From the IMG/VR virus record IMGVR_UViG_3300032251_000002, positions 33,609 to 97,608 of that record: a stretch of DNA of 64,000 nucleotides. One strand, 5' to 3'. The notes under the pieces are model-generated. The model saw only the letters and a program-made list of their open reading frames with translations, was not told the origin of the DNA and did no database searches. A program made the translations under genes and the position numbers. This document shows, in pieces, positions 1 through 9,494 of the stretch. Position 1 is the stretch's first letter. Every line of letters begins with the position of its first letter. The DNA is from a virus.

Positions 1-451
1 TAATGTTTCTTTCAAGAGTGGATTTCATTTTAACTAACTTAAGTTTTTGTTCCTTGTTACCTTCTTTTTTAGCATCTTCAAGTTCTTCATCAACTACTTT
101 AAGTTGGTCTTCAAGATTATCTTTAAGTTTCTTTCTCTGTAAGTCATTAACTTCAGTTTTAAGAAATCTAAATACTAAAAATCCAATCCAAGCTGCCCAT
201 GCACCTGTTAAAGCTGCTCCAGCAGTAACTATAGTTAATTTTGTTAGTTCAAGTATAGAACTCTTTTCTTTAAGTAATTTGTCAGCATTAGGTTCTTTCT
301 TTAATGATGATACCATATCCTTAAATTTCTTAAAGTTTGCTTTAGACGTTCTTTCAGCTTTAGCTTTACCGTCTGTTTTTTCAGCTTCACCTAACATCAT
401 AGTATTTTGACTAAGAAGGATTTGTTTAGCTGAGAATTTATCTTCTACCAT
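1..451 (-). CDS. Putative virion (head-packaged) membrane/coiled-coil protein, truncated at window start
   Basis: Not in ORF track; hand translation from ATG 451: MVEDKFSAKQILLSQNTMMLGEAEK...LTIVTAGAALTGAWAAWIGFLVF...; open to base 1; AAAGGA RBS and late promoter at 478-489. Confidence 0.75.
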   Translation of the reverse strand, partial: MVEDKFSAKQILLSQNTMMLGEAEKTDGKAKAERTSKANFKKFKDMVSSLKKEPNADKLLKEKSSILELTKLTIVTAGAALTGAWAAWIGFLVFRFLKTEVNDLQRKKLKDNLEDQLKVVDEELEDAKKEGNKEQKLKLVKMKSTLERNI

Positions 452-477
452 TTTATACATCCTTTCTATAAAGTATT

Positions 478-511
478 TAATAAAATGTTAAAATAATCTA
501 ACATTTTATTA
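478..511. promoter_or_regulatory. Divergent pair of AR9-type late promoters (AACA-N6-TA)
   Basis: AACATTTTATTA on minus strand (478-489) and on plus strand (500-511), each facing a structural gene. Confidence 0.7.
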
Positions 512-532
512 AATTATTAAAGTGAAAGGAAG

Positions 533-1369
533 ATGACTATGAATAAAAATAATGTAAAAGCTTACCTAATCACTGAGTCTACTGTTACAGCTAAACCAAC
601 TATCATTTCAGATAGTAAAAGTGATACGACTATTATAGAAACTATACTTCAAGAAGGTGATGTACCTAATCGAAATAAAAGAATATATCCAACGTCTGTA
701 TTGAAAGCTGCAATGGATTCTGATTATGTAAAAGAAAGACTTAAAACTAAATCATGGTATGGTGAAGCTGGTCACCCACTTAAGCCAGACCTAGATAGAC
801 AGTTGTATATAGACCAAAGTAAGATTTCTCATATAATATCGGAAATTAGCTTTGATAAGAATATACTTAAAGGTACTGTTGAATGTGCTAAGACTTCTGC
901 AGGAAAAGATATGCAAGGTTTAATTCGTCAAGGTAGTGAAGTAGCATTTAGTATGAGAGGGATGGGTCCGATTTCTGAGAAGAAAGGTGATATTCTTCGT
1001 ATTAAAGCTCCACTTCATGTATTAACTTATGACTGGGTTATACATCCATCTCATAAAATTGCATACATGCAAAATGTACTTCAAGAATCAACTATGGGTA
1101 TGTTACTTCCAGAAGGTTATGATGAAAGAGTATTAACTGAAGGTGTTATTACACCTGTACTTGAGAGTCAAATTAAAGACTATATTATGGAAGAAAGTGC
1201 TAATGTTAAGCAACTTGTAGGTCAATTTGAAATTGATAAACATGCAATAATTACTCTTGATGAAAGTAGACAAACGCTTAACATTCGTCAAAATGGTGAA
1301 ATTCTTAAAGTATATATTGAAGATTATGTTAAAAATGAAATTGATGATGTAATCCTTAGAATGTTTTAA
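533..1369 (+). CDS. Prohead core protease (T4 gp21-like)
   Basis: PNRNKRIYP, GEAGHP (His), FSMRGMG (Ser), YDWVIHPS; LxE/IxE candidate self-cleavage sites near both ends. Confidence 0.9.
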   Translation: MTMNKNNVKAYLITESTVTAKPTIISDSKSDTTIIETILQEGDVPNRNKRIYPTSVLKAAMDSDYVKERLKTKSWYGEAGHPLKPDLDRQLYIDQSKISHIISEISFDKNILKGTVECAKTSAGKDMQGLIRQGSEVAFSMRGMGPISEKKGDILRIKAPLHVLTYDWVIHPSHKIAYMQNVLQESTMGMLLPEGYDERVLTEGVITPVLESQIKDYIMEESANVKQLVGQFEIDKHAIITLDESRQTLNIRQNGEILKVYIEDYVKNEIDDVILRMF

Positions 1370-1389
1370 AAAAAAGGAGGTAACTAAGT

Positions 1390-2085
1390 ATGGCTTTAAA
1401 TCCATCTAAAGTACTCAAACATATAGAATTAATGCTTGGTGCTACTCATCAGATTTTAGAATTTGATGCAGATGATATAATGAATATCATATTTGAAAAG
1501 AGCTTACCTACCTTCAGTATATATTATCCTTATTTTTGTGAACATACTGTAAAGTATAAAGAATGTGAAGTTAAAAACAGAGCAGGTAGATATTATCTTA
1601 AGACTAACCTTGAAATAATAGGTGTGTCTAAGTTACTTACCAATAATGCTTATAATGTAAGTGGTAGTCACATTGCTGGTTTATTATCTGGAGACCCTGT
1701 TACAAGACAGATTGAAGCAGATATGGCATCAATGTACTATCAACCTACTACATTTGAATTCCATGCACCTAATATGATAGAAATATTTCCTAAGAGTAGT
1801 TGGTATGCAGACTTCTTTGTTGAATTGAAGTGTGTTCATCCTAATCATATGATGACTATACCTGTAGCACTTAGAGATGAATTCTTAGATTTATGTTTAT
1901 ATGATGTTAGAATGGCTCTGTATCCAATCAGACACAGATATCAAAACATAAATACAACATTTGGGAGCATAGAAATGTTTATGGAGAAATTAGATAGTGC
2001 TGAAGAAGACCGTAAAGAATTGATTTCTCGTTGGAGAGAAAATTTCTTTAAAAGTTCTAAGCGTAGAAAGATATTTGTATACTAA
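1390..2085 (+). CDS. Neck/head-completion protein (T4 gp13-like)
   Basis: N-terminus NPSKVLKHIELMLGA...EFDADDI resembles gp13-type neck proteins; co-transcribed with protease. Confidence 0.6.
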   Translation: MALNPSKVLKHIELMLGATHQILEFDADDIMNIIFEKSLPTFSIYYPYFCEHTVKYKECEVKNRAGRYYLKTNLEIIGVSKLLTNNAYNVSGSHIAGLLSGDPVTRQIEADMASMYYQPTTFEFHAPNMIEIFPKSSWYADFFVELKCVHPNHMMTIPVALRDEFLDLCLYDVRMALYPIRHRYQNINTTFGSIEMFMEKLDSAEEDRKELISRWRENFFKSSKRRKIFVY

Positions 2086-2090
2086 AAAAA

Positions 2091-2122
2091 AAAGAAGATA
2101 ATCTTAATTGATTATCTTCTTT
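2091..2122. terminator. Bidirectional intrinsic terminator
   Basis: AAAGAAGATAATC-TTAATT-GATTATCTTCTTT between convergent genes. Confidence 0.8.
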
Positions 2123-2127
2123 ATATT

Positions 2128-2676
2128 TTATTCTGCATTAAAGTTAATCAAGTTTTGAAGTTCTCTACTATATTTAATAGCACTATTATTAACTCTATCT
2201 TGTCTTTTAGTGTACTCTTTTTTAATTTCATTCTCGATAAGTATTTTTATCTTATCAAAATTATTAACAATATAAATTATTGCCTTGTTATCAAGATTTT
2301 TATAAAGGTTATCTCCATAACCTGTTTTAGTAGTTGGTGAAACATGAGCAGTTAAAGGCATATATGCTTCATAATTACTTCTTTGGGTATCATGGAAAGT
2401 TATGTGACCACCTCTTTCAACAAATGCTCTTAAGTGTATTTCATACTTCTTATCATTAAAAGAACTTGTAGGATGTGGGTCAACCCATTTTACCCATAAG
2501 AAGAAATCTTCTGTAAGTAAGGCTTGTATACTTTTAAAGTATTTGTAAATGTTTTCTTTGGCAGCTATGAGTTCTTTATCAACATTAATCTTATTAGCTT
2601 TAACTATACTTGAGAACTTGTCTTCAGTACTTGTTAGTAATTCTTTAATTTCATTAATACATTCATGATTATTCAT
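2128..2676 (-). CDS. Hypothetical protein
   Basis: 182 aa ORF with GGAGG RBS. Confidence 0.7.
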   Translation of the reverse strand: MNNHECINEIKELLTSTEDKFSSIVKANKINVDKELIAAKENIYKYFKSIQALLTEDFFLWVKWVDPHPTSSFNDKKYEIHLRAFVERGGHITFHDTQRSNYEAYMPLTAHVSPTTKTGYGDNLYKNLDNKAIIYIVNNFDKIKILIENEIKKEYTKRQDRVNNSAIKYSRELQNLINFNAE

Positions 2677-2694
2677 GATACCTCCTAAAAAGTA

Positions 2695-2724
2695 AAGACT
2701 ATACTAAATTAATAGTATAGTCTT
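2695..2724 (-). terminator. Intrinsic terminator-like hairpin
   Basis: AAGACTATACTA-AATTAA-TAGTATAGTCTT. Confidence 0.65.
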
Positions 2725-2731
2725 AGTTATA

Positions 2732-3094
2732 TTATTTTTCGTTTAATACTTCTTGATAAGTTTTAGTTTCAAACTCGTAATGATATTCAATATATTTATC
2801 CCATGTAGAAGCACTTTTAACACGAATAACTTTAGCATCTCCACCTAATGAAACAGAATCACCGTTAGCATCAGTAAATATCCATCCATCAGAACCAGAA
2901 GCAGAGTCTACAAATGTATCTTTAATTTTCCATACATCTTGAATTATACCACCAGATGAATTAATAATTACATAATCACCTTTTTTAGCAAATAAACCAC
3001 CTTGATTATCCATCTTATTTCCAAATCTTGCACAACCTGTCATAGATGATAAAGCTACAACTACAATTAACATTAATAATAATACTTTCTTCAT
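2732..3094 (-). CDS. Lipoprotein
   Basis: MKK + hydrophobic stretch + lipobox-like MTGC. Confidence 0.7.
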   Translation of the reverse strand: MKKVLLLMLIVVVALSSMTGCARFGNKMDNQGGLFAKKGDYVIINSSGGIIQDVWKIKDTFVDSASGSDGWIFTDANGDSVSLGGDAKVIRVKSASTWDKYIEYHYEFETKTYQEVLNEK

Positions 3095-3107
3095 AATTTT
3101 CTCTCCT

Positions 3108-3512
3108 TTAATCTAAGAACATTCCTTTTAGTTTAGTAGAATTATTATATTCTATTAATACTTCTACATCATATCTTTCAACTTTAGCTCTACTTACAAT
3201 ATCTTTCAATATTTTAATAGATTCTTTTTCACCATTTTTAGTATGATGTCTGTTTGATTCATACTCATAAACATTATTAATGCTATCAAGTACAGGTTTA
3301 TCTTCACAATACCAATAACGTCCTTCATCAATTCTATACTCTACCCAATAAGTAAAGTTAAGTTTTTCCATTTTAATAACTTCTCTAGAAAATAATCCAA
3401 AGAAGAATTTTTTAATTCTTCTAACTGGATGATATGTTGAAGTTGTTATTTGATTATGTTCATCAATCTCGCTACTTACTGTGAATTTGACCTTATACAG
3501 TATCTTTTTCAT
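3108..3512 (-). CDS. Hypothetical protein
   Basis: 134 aa ORF overlapping the end of the upstream gene. Confidence 0.65.
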   Translation of the reverse strand: MKKILYKVKFTVSSEIDEHNQITTSTYHPVRRIKKFFFGLFSREVIKMEKLNFTYWVEYRIDEGRYWYCEDKPVLDSINNVYEYESNRHHTKNGEKESIKILKDIVSRAKVERYDVEVLIEYNNSTKLKGMFLD

Positions 3513-4959
3513 TTGAATCCTCCTCAGAGTGTCCTGTGAAGTAGAACTTATCAGTTTTAATGAATGGTGTAAATGTTCCAGTCATTCCTGGGTCTCCTGA
3601 ACTTGATGTAGTTAATCCAATTCTACCCACATAACTTGGATGTAAACCCATATATCTAACACTAATAGATTTTCCTCCTTCACTCATTGATTGAGGACCA
3701 CGCTGTGAGAACTTCAATCCTGAAGTGAATAAATCAATCCCATTAACACTATTGTTATATCTCAATAGCTCATTTTGCTTAAGCTTCTTTATAACAAATC
3801 CTGGTCCAAGTGTACTGAATAATTGTTTCTTTTGATTAAATGTTACTTGTGGCTTATTCAGTAATCTATAAGTTATAGTACTGAACTTGATTAATAATGG
3901 ATGTAATAAATACTCATTAACACGAATTCTTTTGTTGGCTAAATCCATGTTATCTTTAGTAATAAGATAATCATACTCAGTCATCATCCATCTGATAATT
4001 GTATAGATACTTTCTTTGTGACTATCATCAATTCTTAAAATCTTCTTAGTACGGTCATCAAGAATTCTTTCAAATGATATGATAATCTTTTTAGCTTTGT
4101 CAATTTGAGAGTTAGGATTCTTGGTAAATATCATACCTAATTTCTTTTCCCATTGTTCTCTTACAACAATTTTAGCTACTGTACTTCTTAGATTCATCAT
4201 TTCACAAATCATCATTACAAATCTTTTACCAAATGAATCTTCCATTACTTCATCTCTAGCATAAACAGCTAAGTTTTTATTGATTTTAAAGAATATGTAA
4301 TCTTCATTATCACTATCATCAAAATCAATATCGTTTGCATCAACAATTCCAACTGAATGGTCATCATATCCAAACATTTCTACAGTTTTATCAAATCCAA
4401 ATTTTGCAAAGTAATAATGTAATACATTAATCTTATTCTTGAATAAATCAATTATAAATAGATTATCTGTATATTCATTACCATTTACATCTTCCAATGT
4501 TACTTCGTGAGTTCTAAGTACAATTGGCATTAAAAGTGTCTTCAATGTCAATGACTTAGGTGTCTTGTAAGTAGCTAAATCGATTATTTGATAAATTGGA
4601 TAACTCTTATTACCATCTAAAACATAATAAAAATCATTAATAAGTTTAGGGAACAAGATACTTCGTTCAATTAGTTCATCATTACCATCATCATCTTTGA
4701 TACTAAATCTAATAGTAATGTTATCAAGGCGAGATTCCTCTAAACTAATCCATTTTTCACCTTCCTTACCTCTTGTGTTTAATTTAGACTCATCAGTCTC
4801 TAGCTCAGCTCCAAGAAACTTAACACCATCAATTACTTCTAGTGCCTTACAAATATCCTTCATATACTCAAGAACATTGTCATTTCGTTTCATGTAGATG
4901 AACTCTTCATTAAACTTCTCTGGATTATTCTCTCCATACTGCTTAAGAAAGTTATACAT
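3493..4959 (-). CDS. Non-virion RNA polymerase beta subunit, N-terminal part (AR9 gp105-like)
   Basis: FPKLI...GNKSYPIYQ, LTLKTLLMPIVLR, HPSYVGRIGLTTSSSGDPGMTG match the beta-N subunit as I recall it; early promoter upstream. Confidence 0.88.
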   Translation of the reverse strand: MYNFLKQYGENNPEKFNEEFIYMKRNDNVLEYMKDICKALEVIDGVKFLGAELETDESKLNTRGKEGEKWISLEESRLDNITIRFSIKDDDGNDELIERSILFPKLINDFYYVLDGNKSYPIYQIIDLATYKTPKSLTLKTLLMPIVLRTHEVTLEDVNGNEYTDNLFIIDLFKNKINVLHYYFAKFGFDKTVEMFGYDDHSVGIVDANDIDFDDSDNEDYIFFKINKNLAVYARDEVMEDSFGKRFVMMICEMMNLRSTVAKIVVREQWEKKLGMIFTKNPNSQIDKAKKIIISFERILDDRTKKILRIDDSHKESIYTIIRWMMTEYDYLITKDNMDLANKRIRVNEYLLHPLLIKFSTITYRLLNKPQVTFNQKKQLFSTLGPGFVIKKLKQNELLRYNNSVNGIDLFTSGLKFSQRGPQSMSEGGKSISVRYMGLHPSYVGRIGLTTSSSGDPGMTGTFTPFIKTDKFYFTGHSEEDSNEKDTV

Positions 4960-4994
4960 GTTTTTCCTCCAATCATTTTTATATAATATAATCT

Positions 4995-5018
4995 TATCAT
5001 GGTAATAATATATGTTTA
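4995..5018 (-). promoter_or_regulatory. Early-type (virion RNAP) promoter
   Basis: TAAACATATATTATTACCATGATA matches the 11-copy consensus. Confidence 0.7.
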
Positions 5019-5045
5019 AATATATTTTTATAGATTCAAATCACT

Positions 5046-5138
5046 AACAATTATATAATTCGCACTTGATACCTAAAATTCTTTCTTACAAGAATAAAAA
5101 GTTCAATTTTTGGTATAACATTTGCGAACAATATTATA
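5046..5138 (+). promoter_or_regulatory. Tandem late-type promoters upstream of HU
   Basis: AACA-ATTATA-TA (5046-5057) and AACA-ATATTA-TA (5127-5138). Confidence 0.6.
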
Positions 5139-5231
5139 TATAAATTTAATATATTATATTGAGCGATTCAATAATAAAGTGTTAATTTATAATTTAAACT
5201 AAAAAAAAATAATTAAAGGAGTGTAATACTT

Positions 5232-5540
5232 ATGACTAAAACAGATGTATCTAATGCATTAGCTGTAAAGCTTGAAGTTACGAAAAAAGATGCTAAAGTA
5301 ATTCTTGATGGTGTTCTTGAAGTAATTACTGAAGGTCTTGTAAATGAGAAGGAAGTTCAACTTACAGGTTTCGGTACTTTCTTATCTAGAGAAATGAAAG
5401 GTAGAGAGGGAAGAAATCCTCGTAAACCAGATGAAGTTGTTGATATAGAAGCTAGAGAACAAGCTTTCTTTAGAGCTGGTCGTCATCTTAAAGATGCTAT
5501 CAACCCTAACTCTAAGAAAAAGAAAAAAGGTAAGAAGTAA
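5232..5540 (+). CDS. hup: HU family DNA-binding protein
   Basis: MTKTDV...VQLTGFGTF...REGRNPR; lysine-rich tail. Confidence 0.92.
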   Translation: MTKTDVSNALAVKLEVTKKDAKVILDGVLEVITEGLVNEKEVQLTGFGTFLSREMKGREGRNPRKPDEVVDIEAREQAFFRAGRHLKDAINPNSKKKKKGKK

Positions 5541-5553
5541 TCCTTAATAAATA

Positions 5554-5583
5554 AACGCTATAACCTAAATGGGTTATAGCGTT
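5554..5583. terminator. Intrinsic terminator
   Basis: AACGCTATAACC-TAAATG-GGTTATAGCGTT between convergent genes. Confidence 0.8.
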
Positions 5584-5591
5584 CTTTTATA

Positions 5592-6251
5592 TTAATAAGC
5601 ATTATTGAAGTATTCTGGATATACTGTATTTAATAGAGTAATCTCCTCTTCAGTACATGGTCTTCCATCTGCGATAGATACCATCTCATTAGAAAAGTAC
5701 TTATTAATAACAAAACAGTTCCATACATGTTGTCCATATTCATTTTTGTCAACACAGCATAGATAATGACCTTCTTTACCTTCTAAACAACCTAAGTCAG
5801 TGTGGTCAGCAGTATTGTCATAATGGGTAATCTCTTTTGAATCATTATCATATATAACCCAAATCTTGTAACCTTTAATAGAGTATACTTTACTACTATC
5901 ATCATTAGGGTCAGTAAATACTTCTGTAACTTTACCACCTTGGTTTTCATCAATCTTTTCGAATAACATAATGTTATCTCTAGTCATGGGAATAATATCA
6001 CCTTGGTTCTCATAAGATAAATTATTAACAACTTCTGGGTTCTTAAGATTAGATTGTAATTGACTCATTTCAGAATCAGTTAAACCAATCTTTTCTTGTA
6101 CATTTTTAATTAGTGCCTTACCACCTACATTATTACCTTTTTTCTTTGCTTTTTCATTTTGTCTTTCAGCAGCTCTTCTTTGCTTTCTGTTCAACAACTT
6201 TGGATGTGAATCTAGTCTGTCAATCTTTGCAGTTTCTCTACTTGTATCCAT
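5592..6251 (-). CDS. Hypothetical protein with basic N-terminus
   Basis: 219 aa; NRKQRRAAER basic segment. Confidence 0.7.
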   Translation of the reverse strand: MDTSRETAKIDRLDSHPKLLNRKQRRAAERQNEKAKKKGNNVGGKALIKNVQEKIGLTDSEMSQLQSNLKNPEVVNNLSYENQGDIIPMTRDNIMLFEKIDENQGGKVTEVFTDPNDDSSKVYSIKGYKIWVIYDNDSKEITHYDNTADHTDLGCLEGKEGHYLCCVDKNEYGQHVWNCFVINKYFSNEMVSIADGRPCTEEEITLLNTVYPEYFNNAY

Positions 6252-6265
6252 TTATCATATTCCTC

Positions 6266-6697
6266 CTATATAATTCCTTTTTCACTAAGGAAATCTCTAA
6301 AACCTTTAACTATTTCTTCTTCATTAGCTATAAGCTTACCATCATAATAAATGTCTGCATTATCTTTAAATTCTAGAATTATTCTACCATTTTTAGAACT
6401 AACTAATGAGAATATAGTATTTACTTCCATAGCTTTTCTTGACTTGTGTGCAGCTAACAATTGCTTATGTATATTATTTAATGCAATTAACTTAACAGCT
6501 GGCAATATTACACTTGAATCCTCTCTCTTCATACCACATGCATGACCAACTATTTCAGTACCAGTTGATTCATGTGTAGCTAAACATATTGTAGTTCTCA
6601 ATCCAATATTCATGTAAGTGACTTTAGTGATTTCAAAATCCTTACACAAAATATTCTCTACGTTTTGTAAAACGTTTTCTATTTCTTGATTATCCAT
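6266..6697 (-). CDS. Gp49-like (N4 Gp49/Sf6 Gp66; Acb4-related) protein, divergent
   Basis: TYMNIGLRTTICLAT...GTEIVGHAC...KLIALNNI resembles the family pattern, but the NFD motif is missing. Confidence 0.4.
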   Translation of the reverse strand: MDNQEIENVLQNVENILCKDFEITKVTYMNIGLRTTICLATHESTGTEIVGHACGMKREDSSVILPAVKLIALNNIHKQLLAAHKSRKAMEVNTIFSLVSSKNGRIILEFKDNADIYYDGKLIANEEEIVKGFRDFLSEKGII

Positions 6698-6791
6698 TCA
6701 TACCTCCAATATTCTACATTATATTATATTGTTAGACATATAATTAAAAACAAAAAAAAAAGAATAACCCTTGACAGGTTATTCTTAATAT

Positions 6792-7439
6792 TTATTTCAC
6801 TGTTATTGAAACACTTAAATCAATCTTAACATTTTTGTTATCTGAATTACATTTAGTATGGTGAGCATCAATAATTTGACGATTGATTTCATCAACTACA
6901 TCTTGTGTAGGAACAATAACTTTATTTGAAATCTTAATAAGTATATCCTCTGTTTTGAATAAATCATAAGATTCAAAAGGTTGTTGATAATCAGCGTTTC
7001 TATGGTCACACCCTACAGCTTCACAATCTTCACACTTAGGAGACCCATCAGGATTTCTTGGCTCGTCATCATCTTCATCAATTTCATTATATTCTGGATA
7101 ATATTTAGTTTTTAATGATTTAACAAATTCTGAAACCTTAATAATTCTTTCATGGTCTCCTTGATAATTGTTGTCAAATGCACCTAAATCTAAAGCTTTT
7201 CTTAAATCTAAATTATCAATAATTTTAAATTCAACTGTACTATAATCTATGTTTAAAGTTCTAAGAATATCATGAGACATTATAACTTTCTTAAGTTTAT
7301 GAAGTAAAGCTGCTTCAGTAACCTTAAATTTATAATGACTTGTAAATTTTAATGGAATTCCAGACTTTACCACAGTATCATCAATTAATATATCCATCAT
7401 TGTAATAAATCCTCTAACTATTTTCATTCCTTTTTTCAT
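6792..7439 (-). CDS. Hypothetical protein with CxxCxxxxCxH motif
   Basis: CEDCEAVGCDH. Confidence 0.65.
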   Translation of the reverse strand: MKKGMKIVRGFITMMDILIDDTVVKSGIPLKFTSHYKFKVTEAALLHKLKKVIMSHDILRTLNIDYSTVEFKIIDNLDLRKALDLGAFDNNYQGDHERIIKVSEFVKSLKTKYYPEYNEIDEDDDEPRNPDGSPKCEDCEAVGCDHRNADYQQPFESYDLFKTEDILIKISNKVIVPTQDVVDEINRQIIDAHHTKCNSDNKNVKIDLSVSITVK

Positions 7440-7443
7440 TTAA

Positions 7444-7758
7444 CTACCCCCAATTCGGTTTCTTTCTATTGTCTAATACTAATTGATTAGACATCATCAT
7501 TTGTCTTAAATTAACATTAATATGTTGTGTAACTCTAACATCATAATATTCTTCTACAATGTTTAAGTCCTTATCAAATATAACTGATGCTTCTCTCTCA
7601 GTTATTAATGCACAACCAGAAAACCATTTACCATCACCTTCAATTTTATAAGATACCATTTGAATATCATGAACCTTATCTAACTTTAAAGCATTAGTAA
7701 TTTGGTCTCTAATATCTTTACTCACTTCACTAGCATTTAACTCTGTTAATTTCTTCAT
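7444..7758 (-). CDS. Hypothetical protein
   Basis: ORF with GGAGG RBS. Confidence 0.65.
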   Translation of the reverse strand: MKKLTELNASEVSKDIRDQITNALKLDKVHDIQMVSYKIEGDGKWFSGCALITEREASVIFDKDLNIVEEYYDVRVTQHINVNLRQMMMSNQLVLDNRKKPNWG

Positions 7759-7771
7759 TTAACTACCTCCA

Positions 7772-8227
7772 CTATTTTGATTCAATGTGTTCTGCAACCT
7801 TTCTAGCATCATTAATATCTACGTATTCAAATAATATTGCTGGGCAGCAAGGACAAGACCAATAAATAACGTCTTTGAATTTACGAGTTTCCATTTCTTC
7901 ACCACATAAGGAACATACACATTTAGTACTAATTCCACGAACTTTCAATTGATTCAATTTAACTATTTGATTATTAACAACATCTAGTTTATCTTGCATA
8001 TCAATTTGTTGTTTCATTAATCCTTTAGTGATTAAAGTTTGAATTCCAATGATTTTCATAGTTTGATTGTGAATAGAATTAGAATGTTCATCGTTCTCAA
8101 CCAGTATATCTAATTCTTTACACTTATCATCAAATAGAATAAATAAGTCATCAATAGATAACTCTTCAATAACTGGCTCACTCCATACTTTTTTTGTTTT
8201 ATTACACATTTTTCTTTCCTCCATCAT
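7772..8227 (-). CDS. Coiled-coil plus zinc-ribbon protein
   Basis: CSLC...CPCC; early promoter at 8255-8278. Confidence 0.65.
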   Translation of the reverse strand: MMEERKMCNKTKKVWSEPVIEELSIDDLFILFDDKCKELDILVENDEHSNSIHNQTMKIIGIQTLITKGLMKQQIDMQDKLDVVNNQIVKLNQLKVRGISTKCVCSLCGEEMETRKFKDVIYWSCPCCPAILFEYVDINDARKVAEHIESK

Positions 8228-8254
8228 TTCTCCTTAGTTTATATTATAATCTAT

Positions 8255-8304
8255 ATCAACATAATAATATATGTCTATATTTTATATAAGAAAACAAATA
8301 ATTA
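8255..8304. promoter_or_regulatory. Divergent early (-) and late (+) promoters
   Basis: TAGACATATATTATTATGTTGATA on minus; AACA-AATAAT-TA at 8293-8304 on plus. Confidence 0.65.
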
Positions 8305-8341
8305 TATTTGTATAATTTAATAATAGAAAGGAGTTCTTGAT

Positions 8342-9052
8342 ATGTTATTTAAATCTTTAAGTGAAGCTCAATCTGTTGCAGTTAGCTTAGTTAAAGAAGA
8401 ACTTAATAGGATTCATAAAAGATACAATTTGTATGATAAAGAACACCTTGTAATGTCACTAGAACATTCTACATTTGAAATTATGTTAAGTAATTTTAAA
8501 GAATTACAAGATATTTTTAAACATAATGTACTTGAAATAAATAATGGGTATACTTTTGAACATAGTGTTAAAGTGGCTACTATGGCTGTATTTGTTGCAA
8601 TATTTATGGGATTAACTAAAGATGAAATAGATGGTATATGCAAGGGATGTCTTTTACATGATTATGGTAAAATGTTCTTAGATTATGAAGTAATTCATAA
8701 AAATACAACATTAAATGAAAATGATATATTACATCTTAGGAAACATTGTATGATGGGTTTTAATTATTTTATAAATAATCCAGATATACCAATAGTCAGT
8801 AAGCAAATAATACTTAATCATCATGAAAATCTAGATGGTACAGGGTATCCAAGAGGACTTACAATTAAATCATTAAATTTTTCAACTCAATTATGTTCTT
8901 TATGTGATGTATATGATGCATTGGCATCTGATAGACCCTACAGAAGTGCTGTACCAAGTTCAAGTGCAGTCACTATGATGAAAAAAGAAATAGGTGTTAA
9001 GTTTGATAAGTCAATGTTCTTAATTATAATGAGAATATTATGTTTAGACTAA
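8342..9052 (+). CDS. HD-GYP domain phosphodiesterase
   Basis: YTFEHS, LLHDYGK, HHENLDGTGYPRGL, CDVYDALASDRPYR. Confidence 0.92.
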   Translation: MLFKSLSEAQSVAVSLVKEELNRIHKRYNLYDKEHLVMSLEHSTFEIMLSNFKELQDIFKHNVLEINNGYTFEHSVKVATMAVFVAIFMGLTKDEIDGICKGCLLHDYGKMFLDYEVIHKNTTLNENDILHLRKHCMMGFNYFINNPDIPIVSKQIILNHHENLDGTGYPRGLTIKSLNFSTQLCSLCDVYDALASDRPYRSAVPSSSAVTMMKKEIGVKFDKSMFLIIMRILCLD

Positions 9053-9060
9053 ATAAAAAA

Positions 9061-9087
9061 GAGTATAATACATTATGTATTATACTC
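9061..9087. terminator. Intrinsic terminator
   Basis: GAGTATAATAC-ATTAT-GTATTATACTC between convergent genes. Confidence 0.7.
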
Positions 9088-9094
9088 ATATTTA

Positions 9095-9301
9095 TTACAT
9101 CTTAGTTAAAAAATAAAATCCATTGATTAAAAGTGCTAACAAAGTTATTGACAATGTAGCCTTAATGTATAATCTGTGAATTCGTTCATTTGTTCCTCTT
9201 CGGAATCTAATCTTTGCATCAGTTCTATACATCATTATAGCCTGTATAATCCATAAGAATATTACTATGAAGTTAAAGTACTCCATTATAAATTTTAGCA
9301 T
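9095..9301 (-). CDS. Small two-TM membrane protein
   Basis: Two hydrophobic segments separated by a basic loop; AAGGTGG RBS. Confidence 0.65.
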   Translation of the reverse strand: MLKFIMEYFNFIVIFLWIIQAIMMYRTDAKIRFRRGTNERIHRLYIKATLSITLLALLINGFYFLTKM

Positions 9302-9494
9302 AAATATACCACCTTAGTCTTTTAGAACCCCCTTGAGTTTACGCTCACAATAAATCTCCTATATATAATCAATATATTGTAGACCTAGTTATGGTCTCAC
9401 ATCAATATATTGTAATGTCAAAAAAATATCTATAATAAATAGTTCGTTAAAATGATAGACTAAGATAGTATAATTCCACCTTAGTCTATCAATG

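Noticed and set aside
3-410. Plus-strand 135-aa ORF in the track
   Set aside because: Antisense shadow of the real minus-strand gene starting at 451, which has an RBS and promoter
8150-8200. KKVWSEPVIEEL resembling a lasso-peptide leader (WxxPxL)
   Set aside because: Embedded in a 151-aa zinc-ribbon protein; no lasso cyclase, peptidase or RRE genes in the window
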